From positions 59,830,001-59,894,000 of the forward strand of contig CM060733.1 in NCBI GenBank assembly GCA_030704615.1: 64,000 nucleotides of DNA. Direction: 5' to 3'. Positions within the stretch are counted from its first letter, which is position 1, and each line of letters begins with the position of its first letter. Both the position numbers and the translations under genes were made by a program. Under the pieces are notes generated by a model. It made no database searches, was not told where the DNA came from, and saw only the letters and a program-made list of their open reading frames with translations. Below, one piece after another: positions 13,092 to 24,000 of the stretch. The DNA is from Takakia lepidozioides. Lineage: Eukaryota; Plantae; Bryophyta.

Positions 13092-13660
13092 GTATGATGT
13101 ACTTGTCATGTGAAGTCTATGTACCGAAATAAAAAATGCGAGTCTTTTCGCTTACTATTCCAGTGGTGATGAGCACTTTTGTGTACTGTGGGTGCTGGCA
13201 TGTTTTGTAATGTTGTCACTAAACTCAATGGACACAATGGTGTCAATTTTTCCATGCACTGTGCACCCGAGTCTGCTGAGCTTGAATGTGCGAGCAGTAC
13301 GCTGCCGAGGCTAGGACTGGTGGGTCTGGTACCTAGTCTGGTAGGCACCATGTCCATGAGTCCGCTGGGACGCTGGATTGGCATGAGTCGTTAGGGAGGT
13401 AGTCCACTGGAGCCTGTCCATTTTGAGTCTGTTGTTGTGGATGAGTCTGCTTGAGACTTAGTCTGTTGGAAGAGTTGCAGGGATGAGGTGGAAGTGTGGT
13501 GAGCAGACTTTTGGAGTGGGCAACAGACTGACCAACAGACTGGCTTACTGGCGCTCGCAGTCTGTTGACTGTGACTCTGTTGGGAGACTGCGTGAGTCCG
13601 TTGGGAGACTGTGCATTAGTCCATTGCGGACTTGTATTTCAGAAAGGGACAATGCTACCA

Positions 13661-13855
13661 GAGGAATTGCAGACTTATATTGTCTTCTTCGTGACACCTA
13701 CACGACGTGAAACCTTGTCTCTTTTTGAGGAATTGCAGACTTATATTGTCTTCTCCGTGACACCTACACGACGTGAAACCTTGTCTCTTTTCGAGGCATT
13801 GCAGACTTATATTGTCTTCTTCGTGACATCTACACGACCTGAAACCTTGCGAATT
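13661..13855. repeat. 66-bp tandem repeat, about 3 copies
   Basis: GAGGAATTGCAGACTTATATTGTCTTCTTCGTGACACCTACACGACGTGAAACCTTG... starts at 13661, 13727 and 13793. Confidence 0.95.
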
Positions 13856-13981
13856 TTCGAGTATATATGTGCTGCAGGTGCAGGTGCAGACACCCTCTTG
13901 CTGGTTCTCCGCAAAACCCTAGGCCGGGTTTTCCAGGCCTCCACGAAATCTCGTCTCCTTTTCAGAGACATGTTGTTGTTG

Positions 13982-16900
13982 TCAGTTCAGAGGACGGAAA
14001 GCCTTCGCTGCCGCAGGGTGCAACATTCCAGCCGCACTTTTCGCCAGGATATCAACGAGCTGCCCTCTGCACATATGAAGAGCAGATCGGGCATGTGCCT
14101 CCAGGTATTTGTCATCACCTACAATGCGAAGTATGTCCGCGAATTCTTGTTCCATTGAGGCTGAGACCTCCAGAGGTACATCCGGAGGATGTCTTTCCAT
14201 GAACTGATTGGATTCGTCGTTGCCGCCGGCACCATTGCCCAAGAGCAAGTTAGGTAATCCTCCATGAATGGTTCCCAGCGCCGTGCCACAAGCGCGCACA
14301 AGGAGGCCATCCTGCAGGTCAGGGTGAAGCATCTTCAGGACACGGACCTGATGCTTGCATAAGTTTCCCTTCATTGCCCATGGGCACGTGCAACAACCCC
14401 AATCGCAATCAGGATTGTAAACAATGTATGTTGTGCCGGGGTGGTTGCTGCTGAGAACGTAGGCTGGTTCACCAGGACCCAAGGGAAGAGTAACACTCTC
14501 AGCAGGAATGTCTCGTGCCGCAAGTATAGAACTGGATATGTACTTTTCGTGTTTGTCATTTCTTATGAACCCGTGGGTCTTCAAATGGATTGCGTACCAG
14601 TAGTGTGTTAGCACACGGCCAGTGAGTTCCCATATAAGCCAGTCCACTCTACGACCACTCATCTTGCCTTTCCCCATCTTGATGGCAAGTCTTGCCTTCA
14701 GATTTCCATGGTATGCCTCAATGCTTGCGTTTGTGTCTTGGCTCGCATGAGGGACATGGCGGGCTGCTGTACACCACATTGCTATTTTGGGCTTCCAGTA
14801 CTGTTCGATATAGTCAAGAAATTCATGTCCTTTCGGGTATTTTGACCTCATACGACGGATTCTCCTTGCAACCCACCGAAGCGCTCTTTTCTCGTTGCGT
14901 GGTCCCCCTCTACAGTACATGAGGTCTCCCATATCCTTCAACAAGTTTACAGCGGTCACCGGATCCTTCGTTTTCTTGCATGATTGCTTCACCCATGCCT
15001 TGCGGACATGCCAAAGGCAGAGGAAAATGAGTACTCCTTCAAAAACAATTCTGCACAACACACATGGTACACATTAGAGTCTTGGGATCGGACTGCAATG
15101 GTGGACTGCCGGAGTGGACTGTAACAGCGACCTGTATCAGCGGGCAGAGCCACTGGACTCGCCCAGTGGACAGTACAATGCCATGACGTTGATGTGCTGG
15201 AATAACCCCATTGGACTACCCAGTGGACTTCCCCTAGCTAGGACTGGGGCAGCGGACTGCATCAGCGGACTGCCCCATTGGACTGCCACAGCGGACTGCC
15301 GAGTGGACTTGGCAGCGGACGGCCGACCCCAGGGACTGCTGAGTGGACTGGCAGCGGACTTGGCAGCGGACTGCCGAGCGGACTTGCCGGGGACTGCCAG
15401 CGGACTTGCCAGGGGACTGATGAGCGGACTTGACAGCGGACTACCAGTGGATTTGCCCAGCGAACTGCCATCGGGTTTCGCCACAGGAGTCTGCCAGTGG
15501 ACTGTAGCAATGGACTGCTGCAGTGGACCTCGACAATGGACCGGTGCTGTGGACCAACAGACTTACCGAATAGCGTTGATTTCTGCTTCGGCATCGTCCA
15601 CAATGAAGGCATTGGGTCGCCAGCTCGGCAAATCTGCGAGGAGTGAATCGCGCAAGGCTCTCATCCACGGAACCAGGTCTCTTGTCCGATTCCTCGCGGA
15701 TAGGATATAGGCAACTGGTATACCGTTCAACCACTCGTCGAAGACCATCAACGTGTACAATGGGAACTGTTGGAATGCACAATGTAAGATGGTCAGAGCA
15801 TGCAAATTCCGCTCAGTTCTGCACGAGAAGACTTCATAAGAGTGATGAGGTCTGCAGCGGTTCACAATGGGTCTGCCCCTCGGTCTTCCGCAACGTACAC
15901 ATGAAAACATACAGAAAGGGTCAGCACACCAAATTTTATGTGAATGTTGCATGGTACTATGCTATCATGCTCGTACAAGTCCATGGAATCGTTCGAATAG
16001 TACCTTGTCATGATTTGTCCCAAAGGTTGCATCACATGCAACGATACGGTCATGTCCTAGTTCCAGCATTCGTCGTTTCTGCCACGGAGTCTGTATGCCA
16101 ATAGTGAATGTCAAATCTCCATCAAAATGCTCGAATGTTGGCTCTAATTTCTCCTCTTGATAGAAAAAAACGGACGCAGGATTCTGGTCTCTCCACATGC
16201 GCACACTCTCTGCATCATCGGCGTGCTTTTTGAAGGTTTGCCACGCACGTTTCTCGGCAAGGTTGCGAACATCTTGCTCCAACAAGAAATCATCGCGGGT
16301 CCATGCATCGCCCAAGCCGGTGTTGTTCATCACGTGCTCTTTATGCTCCATCATGATTTGGGCGACCGACAGGCCTCGGCACAAACACTCGACGACCCAG
16401 GCTTTCAATTCCTCGCTAATGTGTGGTGCATAGGCGTGGCGGGTGTTCCTGAACTCTGCGGACTTCCCATGCGAGGGTTTCCCTTGCGCATCTGTATGCT
16501 CCATGTTGTTGTAGTACGTGAGGACACAGATGTCAGGGGCGAGATAGCATTGCTGGACCTTGAAACAGCATTGGCAACCACGTTTGTAAGACTCTCCATA
16601 CTCCGACTTCTTTCTCCTTGGGCCTTTATGAGGGCAAGATGTTCCAGCACCCACAAGAGGTCCTCCACGCTTCTGTTTTGGATCCTCCACTATTGCCTTG
16701 TTGGTGCGCTTGTCATCAGGACCGTAGCAGCATTGATACCTGGACAGAAAATTCTAAAATCGATATCCAACGACTTGAGGAAGCATAAAATCAGAGAACT
16801 CGTGAAACAAAAAATGGCAACAGACATGCAATGAAACGTCAAAAGGACTGAGGATGGTGCACACATAATACTGGACAGAAATGTGTTGGCTCTGGGTGCT

Positions 16901-17183
16901 TTTCGCGAGCCGGGTTCCACTTTAGAATGGACATTCACCCAAAACTGAGTGGGGTAGTCCTCCAAACTCTCCTCTCCCAGGACGAAGTCACCAACTCTAT
17001 CCCAAGGTATGCAGGCCTTTTCAACATTCACTCGCACACCCATAAACCCATATTGCGTCTCACTCTTCCAATGGAGATCCTTCCTGTTGAAGGGTCCTGG
17101 TTTTGCTGTTTGCAAACATTGTCGAAGAGTATAAGCGGGCTTTCCGTGATCAGTATATCATCGGGTTTTGCTTCCACGTCCAT
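13982..17183 (-). CDS. MULE DDE transposase with WRKY/FAR1-like Zn domain and SWIM finger (apparent frameshifts near both ends)
   Basis: Exons approx. 17183-16865, 16739-16004, 15766-15567, 15050-13982 splice in frame. Motifs: IPWDRVGDFVLGE, YQCCYGPDD, KRGCQCCF..EHTDAQGKPSHG, ACDATFGTN, FIVDDAEAE, CLWH, TNASIEAYH, SWIM CTCPWAMKGNLCKH. The ATG at 17183 and the C-terminal SLKRRRDFVE segment are each out of frame with the main ORF. Confidence 0.9.
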
Positions 17184-17327
17184 GCCCTATACAGTACAAA
17201 GGACACGCTTCTGAACATGCAAGAAACGCGCCGCAGTACAGGACACGATCGACAACGTGCCAGGAGAACAGTGCGCACGTTCGCGGCTGCTGGCAAGTGG
17301 CAGGCGGCAGGGATGCAGGTTTGAATT

Positions 17328-17657
17328 GCAGCCCTAAAAATGGAGGGCTCGGATGGGTTATGGGAATGGACGGTGGCGATCCTGCGCCGTCAGCGGACTG
17401 GATGGCAGGGGACTGGCCAGCGGACTGGCGGACTGGCAGACTGCTGGGCAGCGGACTGGCCAGCACCGGACTGACGGGCAGACTGGCGGACTGGCAGACT
17501 GGAGGGCAGCGGACTCATGGGCGGGGGACTGGCCGCGCGGCGGACGGGGGCGCGGGCGGGGCGGGCGGGGTGCTGGGGAGCCAGACGTCCGTGCGCGGGG
17601 CCCACCGGCCACATCGCACGTGCCCATTGAAGACCCTATTATCTTAAAATGAGAGGC
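17328..17657. repeat. Right TIR of the MULE (CRGACTG array)
   Basis: Starts GCAGCCCTAAAAATGGAGGGCTCGG; reverse complement of the left TIR. Confidence 0.92.
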
Positions 17658-18381
17658 CACAAGAAATCCACTACTTGATAAAATGATGTTTCACTCAATC
17701 ACTCTGGTGAAGGTGTGATATGTAATACAATAGTGAGCCTAGAGAAAAAAAAACTAGATCCAATGGTACAATCTACAAATGTGGGCCCCCGAATGGGCCA
17801 AGTTACTTTCCTGCCCACATGCCTGCAAATTACCTACTCCAGTAGAGGTTTCTGACTGTGGAAGGGCCACGTAGACTTTCAACCTCCATGCCGGGTGAAT
17901 AGATGTATAGTCCACCGCCGGCATGCATATGGCAATTTGACGGCTAAACATGTGCCAATTATATCTCGCCACGCAGATGGTCAACTCTGCGTGGCCCCAC
18001 CCCATGCTCCAATATTATGACCCTGCGTTTTTAGAAAATCTATAGGTCAGAGAATTTATTAGAGTGTACTGTTTTCAATATGAGAATGTGGGCCATGTTG
18101 CCAGAATATTAATTGTAATTGAAACCATTGAAAAATATTAAGATATGCGAAAAGTAAAGAAAAAAATCTACTTCCTCAAAACCTGAATTGGGTCTCTTGG
18201 GCCCTTAAGGGTTAAAGACCCTAATATTGTATAATGTAAAGCGAATGCAATTGATCCTCTTATTTTGGGTATTACGTTAATGTAAATGTTTATAGTTGCT
18301 AGATATTAATGACTCGGAATACTGTAAACAAAGTACAACATCATAATAACATTGGAAACAAATGATACAATAAACACATTA

Positions 18382-18787
18382 GAGCATCTCCAAGGTGAGC
18401 ACGACCCGTCAAACGTCATATACCCTGGTTACAGGGGCGACGATATTTTTTACAAGGACTGGTTGGCTGACACTCCACGGTTGGGACGGTAGGAGACCCG
18501 AATGAGATAGCCCCGAGGCAGGCCCTCCGCTCGACCACAATCTTGACGCGTTCACCGAGGACATCATATCTCATTAACTCACAAATAACTCACAAATCTA
18601 ATGTACCGTGGTTGGCGGGGTCCCGGTATGATTCGCAAAAGTGCCGAGCGGGAGGCAGATTTAAGGCAGGGCCGACAACAATTCTATCGGGCTGAGCCAA
18701 CCGTGGAGCAAGCTGTGCTATTTTCCTGGTCCCAACGTCATTAGATTGTCGTTTTCGGGCAAGTGCCGTGGCACCGTGGAGATGCTC
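18382..18787. mobile_element. Tourist-type (PIF/Harbinger) MITE, 406 bp
   Basis: TIRs GAGCATCTCCAAGGTG / CACCGTGGAGATGCTC (15/16 match); TTA TSD at 18379-18381 and 18788-18790. Confidence 0.9.
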
Positions 18788-19559
18788 TTACAAAGCAGAC
18801 TTGGAGAGAGATTATACCGCATTGACGAACAATTTTTTTCCGATTGTTTCTCTTGGGGTATCTACACTCACTAGATTTCGATGGTTTGCATGCAACTCTG
18901 TCTTTATGCTCATTCTTTTTTTCATCTTCTTCACTTTCATGTGAGTCGACGCATCACCATAATATTAGTTCATCTTGTGGAAGGTTGTGCCGTTTCTACG
19001 AACAACCTCCAATTGCTTCTGTAGATGACTTTTTGTACTCATCTCTATTTTCTAGGGTGTCTCTTCACATGTCCACAACACGAATCTAGCATGATGCGTC
19101 CACTCATGAAGAATGAGGAGCGTGAAGAAGGAGTCACATGCAACCCGTCGACCTAGAAGTGAACTACATGAGTGGTAAGTGCGGGTGCCCCAAACGAAGC
19201 AATTGGAAGAAAACTATTTGTCGAAGCGATATCACAAATCCACAAAACCAACAATAACACAATGCTTCACAGGAAGAAGTGAAAAAAGAGGAGCGTCAAG
19301 GAGGAGAGGTAAATAAGGAGGAGTATAATGAGCGTGACGACCGTCGGGGCGATCTTGTAGTTCCTACGGGGTGGAGACGATGGGGTCGGTTCATGGATTT
19401 TCGTTCCTTTTGTCACATCGTGCTTGAAGGGTTGAAGAGAGATAGTGCATCGAGCTCAAACTAAGCTGCACGAGGTAGGTGAGTGCAAATGCCCCAAACA
19501 TAAGTTTTGGAGAAAAACTGCCTTTTGATGGTATGACCTTCCACAATATGACCAACATG

Positions 19560-20020
19560 ACCCAATAGGAGAAGGATGAGGATGAAGTATGAGAAATGCA
19601 CGTGTGAACAAAGAGGAACGTGAAATAGGAGAAGTGAAGGAAGAGAAGTGAAGAAGGAGGAGAAGCACACGTGTGAAGCATGAAGTAGGAGAATTGAAGC
19701 ATGAGGAGGATAAAGAGCTTGAAGGAGGAGAAGTGAGGATGAAGTAGGAGAAACGCACGTGTGAAGTAGTAGAAGTGAAGCAGGAGGAGGATAAGGAGTG
19801 TGAAGGAGAAGTGAAGAAAGAGGATGAAATAAGAGTAGCGCACGTGTGAAGTCCTGAAATAGGAGAAGTGAAGCAGGAGAATAATATTAAGGAGTGTGAA
19901 GGAGGAGAACTGAAGGAATATGAGGAGGAAGTAGCAGAAGCATATGTGTGAAGTAGTAGAAGTGAAGAAGGAGGAGAAGTAGAGGAGCGTGATCGAGGTG
20001 AAGGAGGAATAGCGTGAAGA
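19560..20020. repeat. Purine-rich degenerate tandem repeat (~70-100 bp units) with a GCACGTGTGAA core
   Basis: Recurrent GGAGAAGTGAAG / GCACGTGTGAAG blocks near 19598, 19667, 19755 and 19839, with a degenerate copy near 19941. Confidence 0.8.
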
Positions 20021-21024
20021 CCGTGCACCTCCAATTGAACTCCGCTAAGTGGTGAGTGCACACGTCGCGCCATTTTGCCGTGCGTGGGCCCCGCCGCCTA
20101 CGCTGGCGCAGTCAAGATGTAAAATGAGGGCGATAAGCAAACAGAAAGAAAATGGATGTAAGTATGTGGGTGATGGGAGTGGGAGGATGAAGTGTGCACT
20201 GAGTTGATGCTCGTGAGATTCACGGTAGATGCCTCACACGCATACAGCACAGCGCTCCCCACACTGCACACCACGCAGGCTCACATTCTCGCAGGGACGA
20301 GCAGCACCTGCGTGTGGGCGTGCAACCTGGGGTGTACCCTCCAATGGCAATGCCGGAGAGAGCAAGTAGACAAGAAGCGCACAGCAAGGATTTCTTGATG
20401 CGGGTGCAGCCCTGGCTTGACAGTTCCTTTGCACGTCTGCTCTCTGTGATGTACCATGCGGCATGACATGGTGGTCGATGCAAACGGTTGTGGGTTCTTG
20501 CCCAGCAGACAAATCCCGAAATTTCCATGGCCTCCCCGCACAGAGCTCACGAAAATTTGGGTAAGACTTGAGTTTATGCGAGGTTGATCTTTATATTGCT
20601 CCGTACATCATCTCATCTGTGGTCAACTTGCAGCCACATTGTTGAGATAGAGAGAGAGAAAGAGAGAGAGGGGTCAGGTCATGGTGGCGAAGTGCCAGTG
20701 CCTCCCTTTTGCTCAATCTCGCGGTAGAAAGATGGGCGGCAACTGCTGATTCCCATTCGTCTTTGGTGCTGTCGTTCTCTAGGTGGACTTACTTTGATTT
20801 TTGTGGGATGGAATTCTCGGAGTTCATTTCATTCTTGAAACCTAATAGTCAATTGGTTGATTGTCCTGGTCGTGTGCAGGTACTGCCGCCTGATCATGGG
20901 GTTCTCCTTTATGCTGTTATGTCGCACTGTATCTTCTATCTCCATACGGCATCAAGCTTGAAGTTGGTGGGGCAACGACTGATATGGTCCAGTCAGAGAT
21001 TGGAATGAGAGAGAAGGGTCAAGA

Positions 21025-24000
21025 GTGAACGGAGAGGTGGAAGGCAGCTGTAGCACAGATGGCGTCGAATGCGGGGCGGGGCTCCCCGCTTCATCCCGGC
21101 AGCGCCTCAAGCAGCGACTAGCAAGCTCTCGCGGCATGCTTTTGGTGCAGGAGCAGGAGCAGCTGGGAGTGGTTCACCGTACCTCGTGGGCTACTCGTAA
21201 CTTTTTTAGCACCGCCTCTTCGCTGAAGCAGTTTGCCACCAGAGGTTCGCGATCATGGCTCATCCGGGGGGCTAGCTCAATGTCTCTGGATTGTGCCGAT
21301 CCCGGCAGCACCGCCTCTTCATTTGCATCTTTAAGCTCCTTCGACTTGCCGGGATTGATAGGACTTGAAGATGTAGCCCGGCACGTTAGCGAGCAGGGGG
21401 TAACTGCAATTGAAAATTTAGAGACACGGAACCTAAACATTGTATCTGGTGGCACCCCAGTAGCGAGTGCTTCTGTAGACACCTACACCCTAAATCAGAC
21501 AAATCAAAGTCACCTGGACGTGGCACAGATATCTGTTTCGCCACATAATTATGTACAACAGGAAGCTGCAGATTCTTTGAGCTTGGGAAACCGTTCTGCT
21601 CTATTGGATGTAGGGAGGGGTGAGGAGACTGTAGGATTTTTCCACCCCATTGATGAACTGCCAGTACCTGCAAACAGGCTCCCAAATCCCATTGTTTCCA
21701 ATCACTTGTTTAGAGTTGAAGAGGACCTGCCAGGGGTGACTAATCCAACAGTGGAAAATGGTGTTACCGAGTTTCTGAATGAACAGCCTTTGACCCACGT
21801 TCAGACAATTATAGAAGAACAGCAGAAGGCTTTGAGTGCTGCTGGTGTGATCCAGGCTGCATTCCGGGGGTTTAGGACTCGAGCTGCAATCAAGTCCATG
21901 CATGCTGCAGCTGTGAGGATCCAGAGTTTTTACAGGGGTTGGCTTGCCACAAAAAATTACAGAATGTGGAGGCAGCATCTACAATTCCAGAGGGAGGTAG
22001 AGGAGCGTGCCGCCATGAGAATGCAGTGTTGTTACCGCGGGTGGCTAGCTAGAAGGAGCTATAAATTAGGGAGGGAGAAAGTGGTGATACTTCAGGCAAT
22101 GGTTCGGAGCAGGCAAGTAAGGAAGCAGTACCAGCAGCTGTACAATGCAGTGCTCACTCTCCAAAGAATGTGGAGAGCTGCCAGAAAGCGACTTTTGCAA
22201 CAGCAGAGGGAGGTACTAGAGCACGCAGCATCGAAGATTCAGAATTCTTATCGAGGTTGGCTAGCTAGAAGGAACTACAGATTAGTGAGAGATAGGGTGC
22301 TGTTGCTCCAGGCTTGTGTTCGGAGGCAACATGTAAGGAAGCAGTATTGGGAGCTCTACATGGCGGTGCTCACTCTCCAAAGGACATGGAGGGCTTCCAG
22401 AAGCCGACGTTTGAAACTGCAGAGGGAGGTGCAAGATCGTGCAGCAGTGAAAATCCAGAGTTCCTATCGAGGTTGGCTAGCTAGGAAGACCTACAGATTA
22501 GGGAGGGAAGGGGTGGTGTTGCTGCAGGCTTGTGTTCGGAGGCAACAAGTACGGAAGCAGTATGGGCAGCTCTACAGTGCAGTGCTGACAATCCAAAGGA
22601 CATGGAGGGCTTGCAGATTGCGGCATTTGCAACTGCAGAGGAGGTTGCAGGAGCATGCTGCAGTGGTAAAGATCCAGAGTTCTTACCGAGGTTGGCTAGC
22701 TAGCAGGAACTACAGATTAGGGAGGGCAGGGGTAGTGTTGCTACAGGCTAGTGTTCGGAGACGACAAGTAAGCAAGCGGTATCAACAGCTGTACAATGTA
22801 GTGCTGACTCTCCAAAGAAAGTGGAGGGCTTCCAGAAGGCGGCATTTGCAACTGCAGAGACAGGTGCAGGAGGGTGCAGCAATTAAGATCCAGAGTTTTT
22901 ACCGAGGTTTGCAAGCTAGGAAATACTATCAAATACAAAGGGTTAGTGTGGTGAAGCTCCAAGCCGCTGTTCGCAGGAAGCAAGTAAGAGATCAATATAG
23001 GCAGCTTTGCAACGCAGTGCTCACAATGCAGCGGATGTGGAGGGCTGCCCGAGCGCGACATTTGCAAGAGCAGAAAGATGTGGAGGAGTGTGCGACACTG
23101 CTGATTCAGGCGCATTCATGGGGTGTTGCAGTCAGGTATTGGCTTCACACGTGCCAGGCTGTTGCCCTGACCATTCAGCAAGCCTGGCACAAGCAGCAAC
23201 GATACAGGGTTCACAGACTAAAGCACCAGGTTGTGACAGCTGTTGTGATTCAAGCACATCTGTGCGATTATGCACTACAGCATATGCTTAGGCGATGGCA
23301 TGCGGCTGCATTCACCATCCAGTGGAGTTGGCGTCATTACAGACAATCAAAAGCAGCCGTGAAGATACAGGCCACTTTTCGTTCATGGGCTATAAGGAAA
23401 CGGAATGTGATGGCAGCAGTTACCATCCAGCGCTGGTACAGGTGTTGTTTGAGGACAAGGGCAAGTTTGTTTGTGAAGCAGCATGCAGCTGTGTTCATTC
23501 AAAGTTGGTGGCGGGGCCTTCATTATCAGCAGCTCCACAGAGGGGCACTTCAGGCTCGGCATGAAGCTGCAGTAATAATACAGCGCCGATGGAGGTTATT
23601 TCAACTTGGAAGAGTGGAAAGATTGATTCCAGAGCAAGCAGTTGTTGGTGTAGAGGCTGGCATGTGTACTTCTTTTTTCAGGCAACAGAAGCAGCTATTG
23701 CATGTGGGAGCCTCAACAGACCAGAGTCACTTGCACAGGCACCAGCACCAGCATGTGCAAGGGGCAGCTGTGACCATTCAGGCGGCTTATCGTGCATTTG
23801 CCTGCAGGAAAAAATATCAAGCAAGATGCCAAGAAGGGTCGTTGATTCAGCGATCGTGGCGAGAGAAGGAACGAATGCAGCTTTTAGGGGAAAATTTAGG
23901 TTTAGAAGTGGTGACTGGAAAAGTGGTCAGATCTGCTGGGGGCTCCACTGTCTGGAGGGATGTAATAATTTCTGAGTTTCCAGATGTTCCTTCAACTTCT

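Larger units (their letters stand above)
5141..17657. mobile_element. Mutator-like element (MULE), 12,517 bp, with two convergent genes
   Basis: Begins GCCTCTCATTTTAAGATAATAGGGTCTTCAATGGGCACGTGCG and ends with its reverse complement. Perfect 9-bp TSD CACAAGAAA at 5132-5140 and 17658-17666. Contains a DDE/SWIM transposase gene and a Ulp1-domain gene. Confidence 0.97.
4698..18211. mobile_element. Non-autonomous piggyBac-like element (~988 bp of own sequence) interrupted by a 12.5-kb MULE
   Basis: TTAA (4694-4697), CCCTTAAGGGCCC (4698-4710) ... GGGCCCTTAAGGG (18199-18211), TTAA (18212-18215). Removing it restores CCCTTAAAGACCCTAATAT, as in the uninterrupted repeat unit near 4440. No transposase ORF seen. 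Confidence 0.8.

Noticed and set aside
13661-13855. Regularly spaced repeats as a CRISPR array
   Set aside because: Contiguous 66-bp tandem units with no unique spacers; eukaryotic context and no cas genes.
4701-18208. Alternative reading as a Kolobok-like element using the inner TTAA
   Set aside because: Gives only a 6-bp TIR and does not regenerate the empty site seen near 4440.
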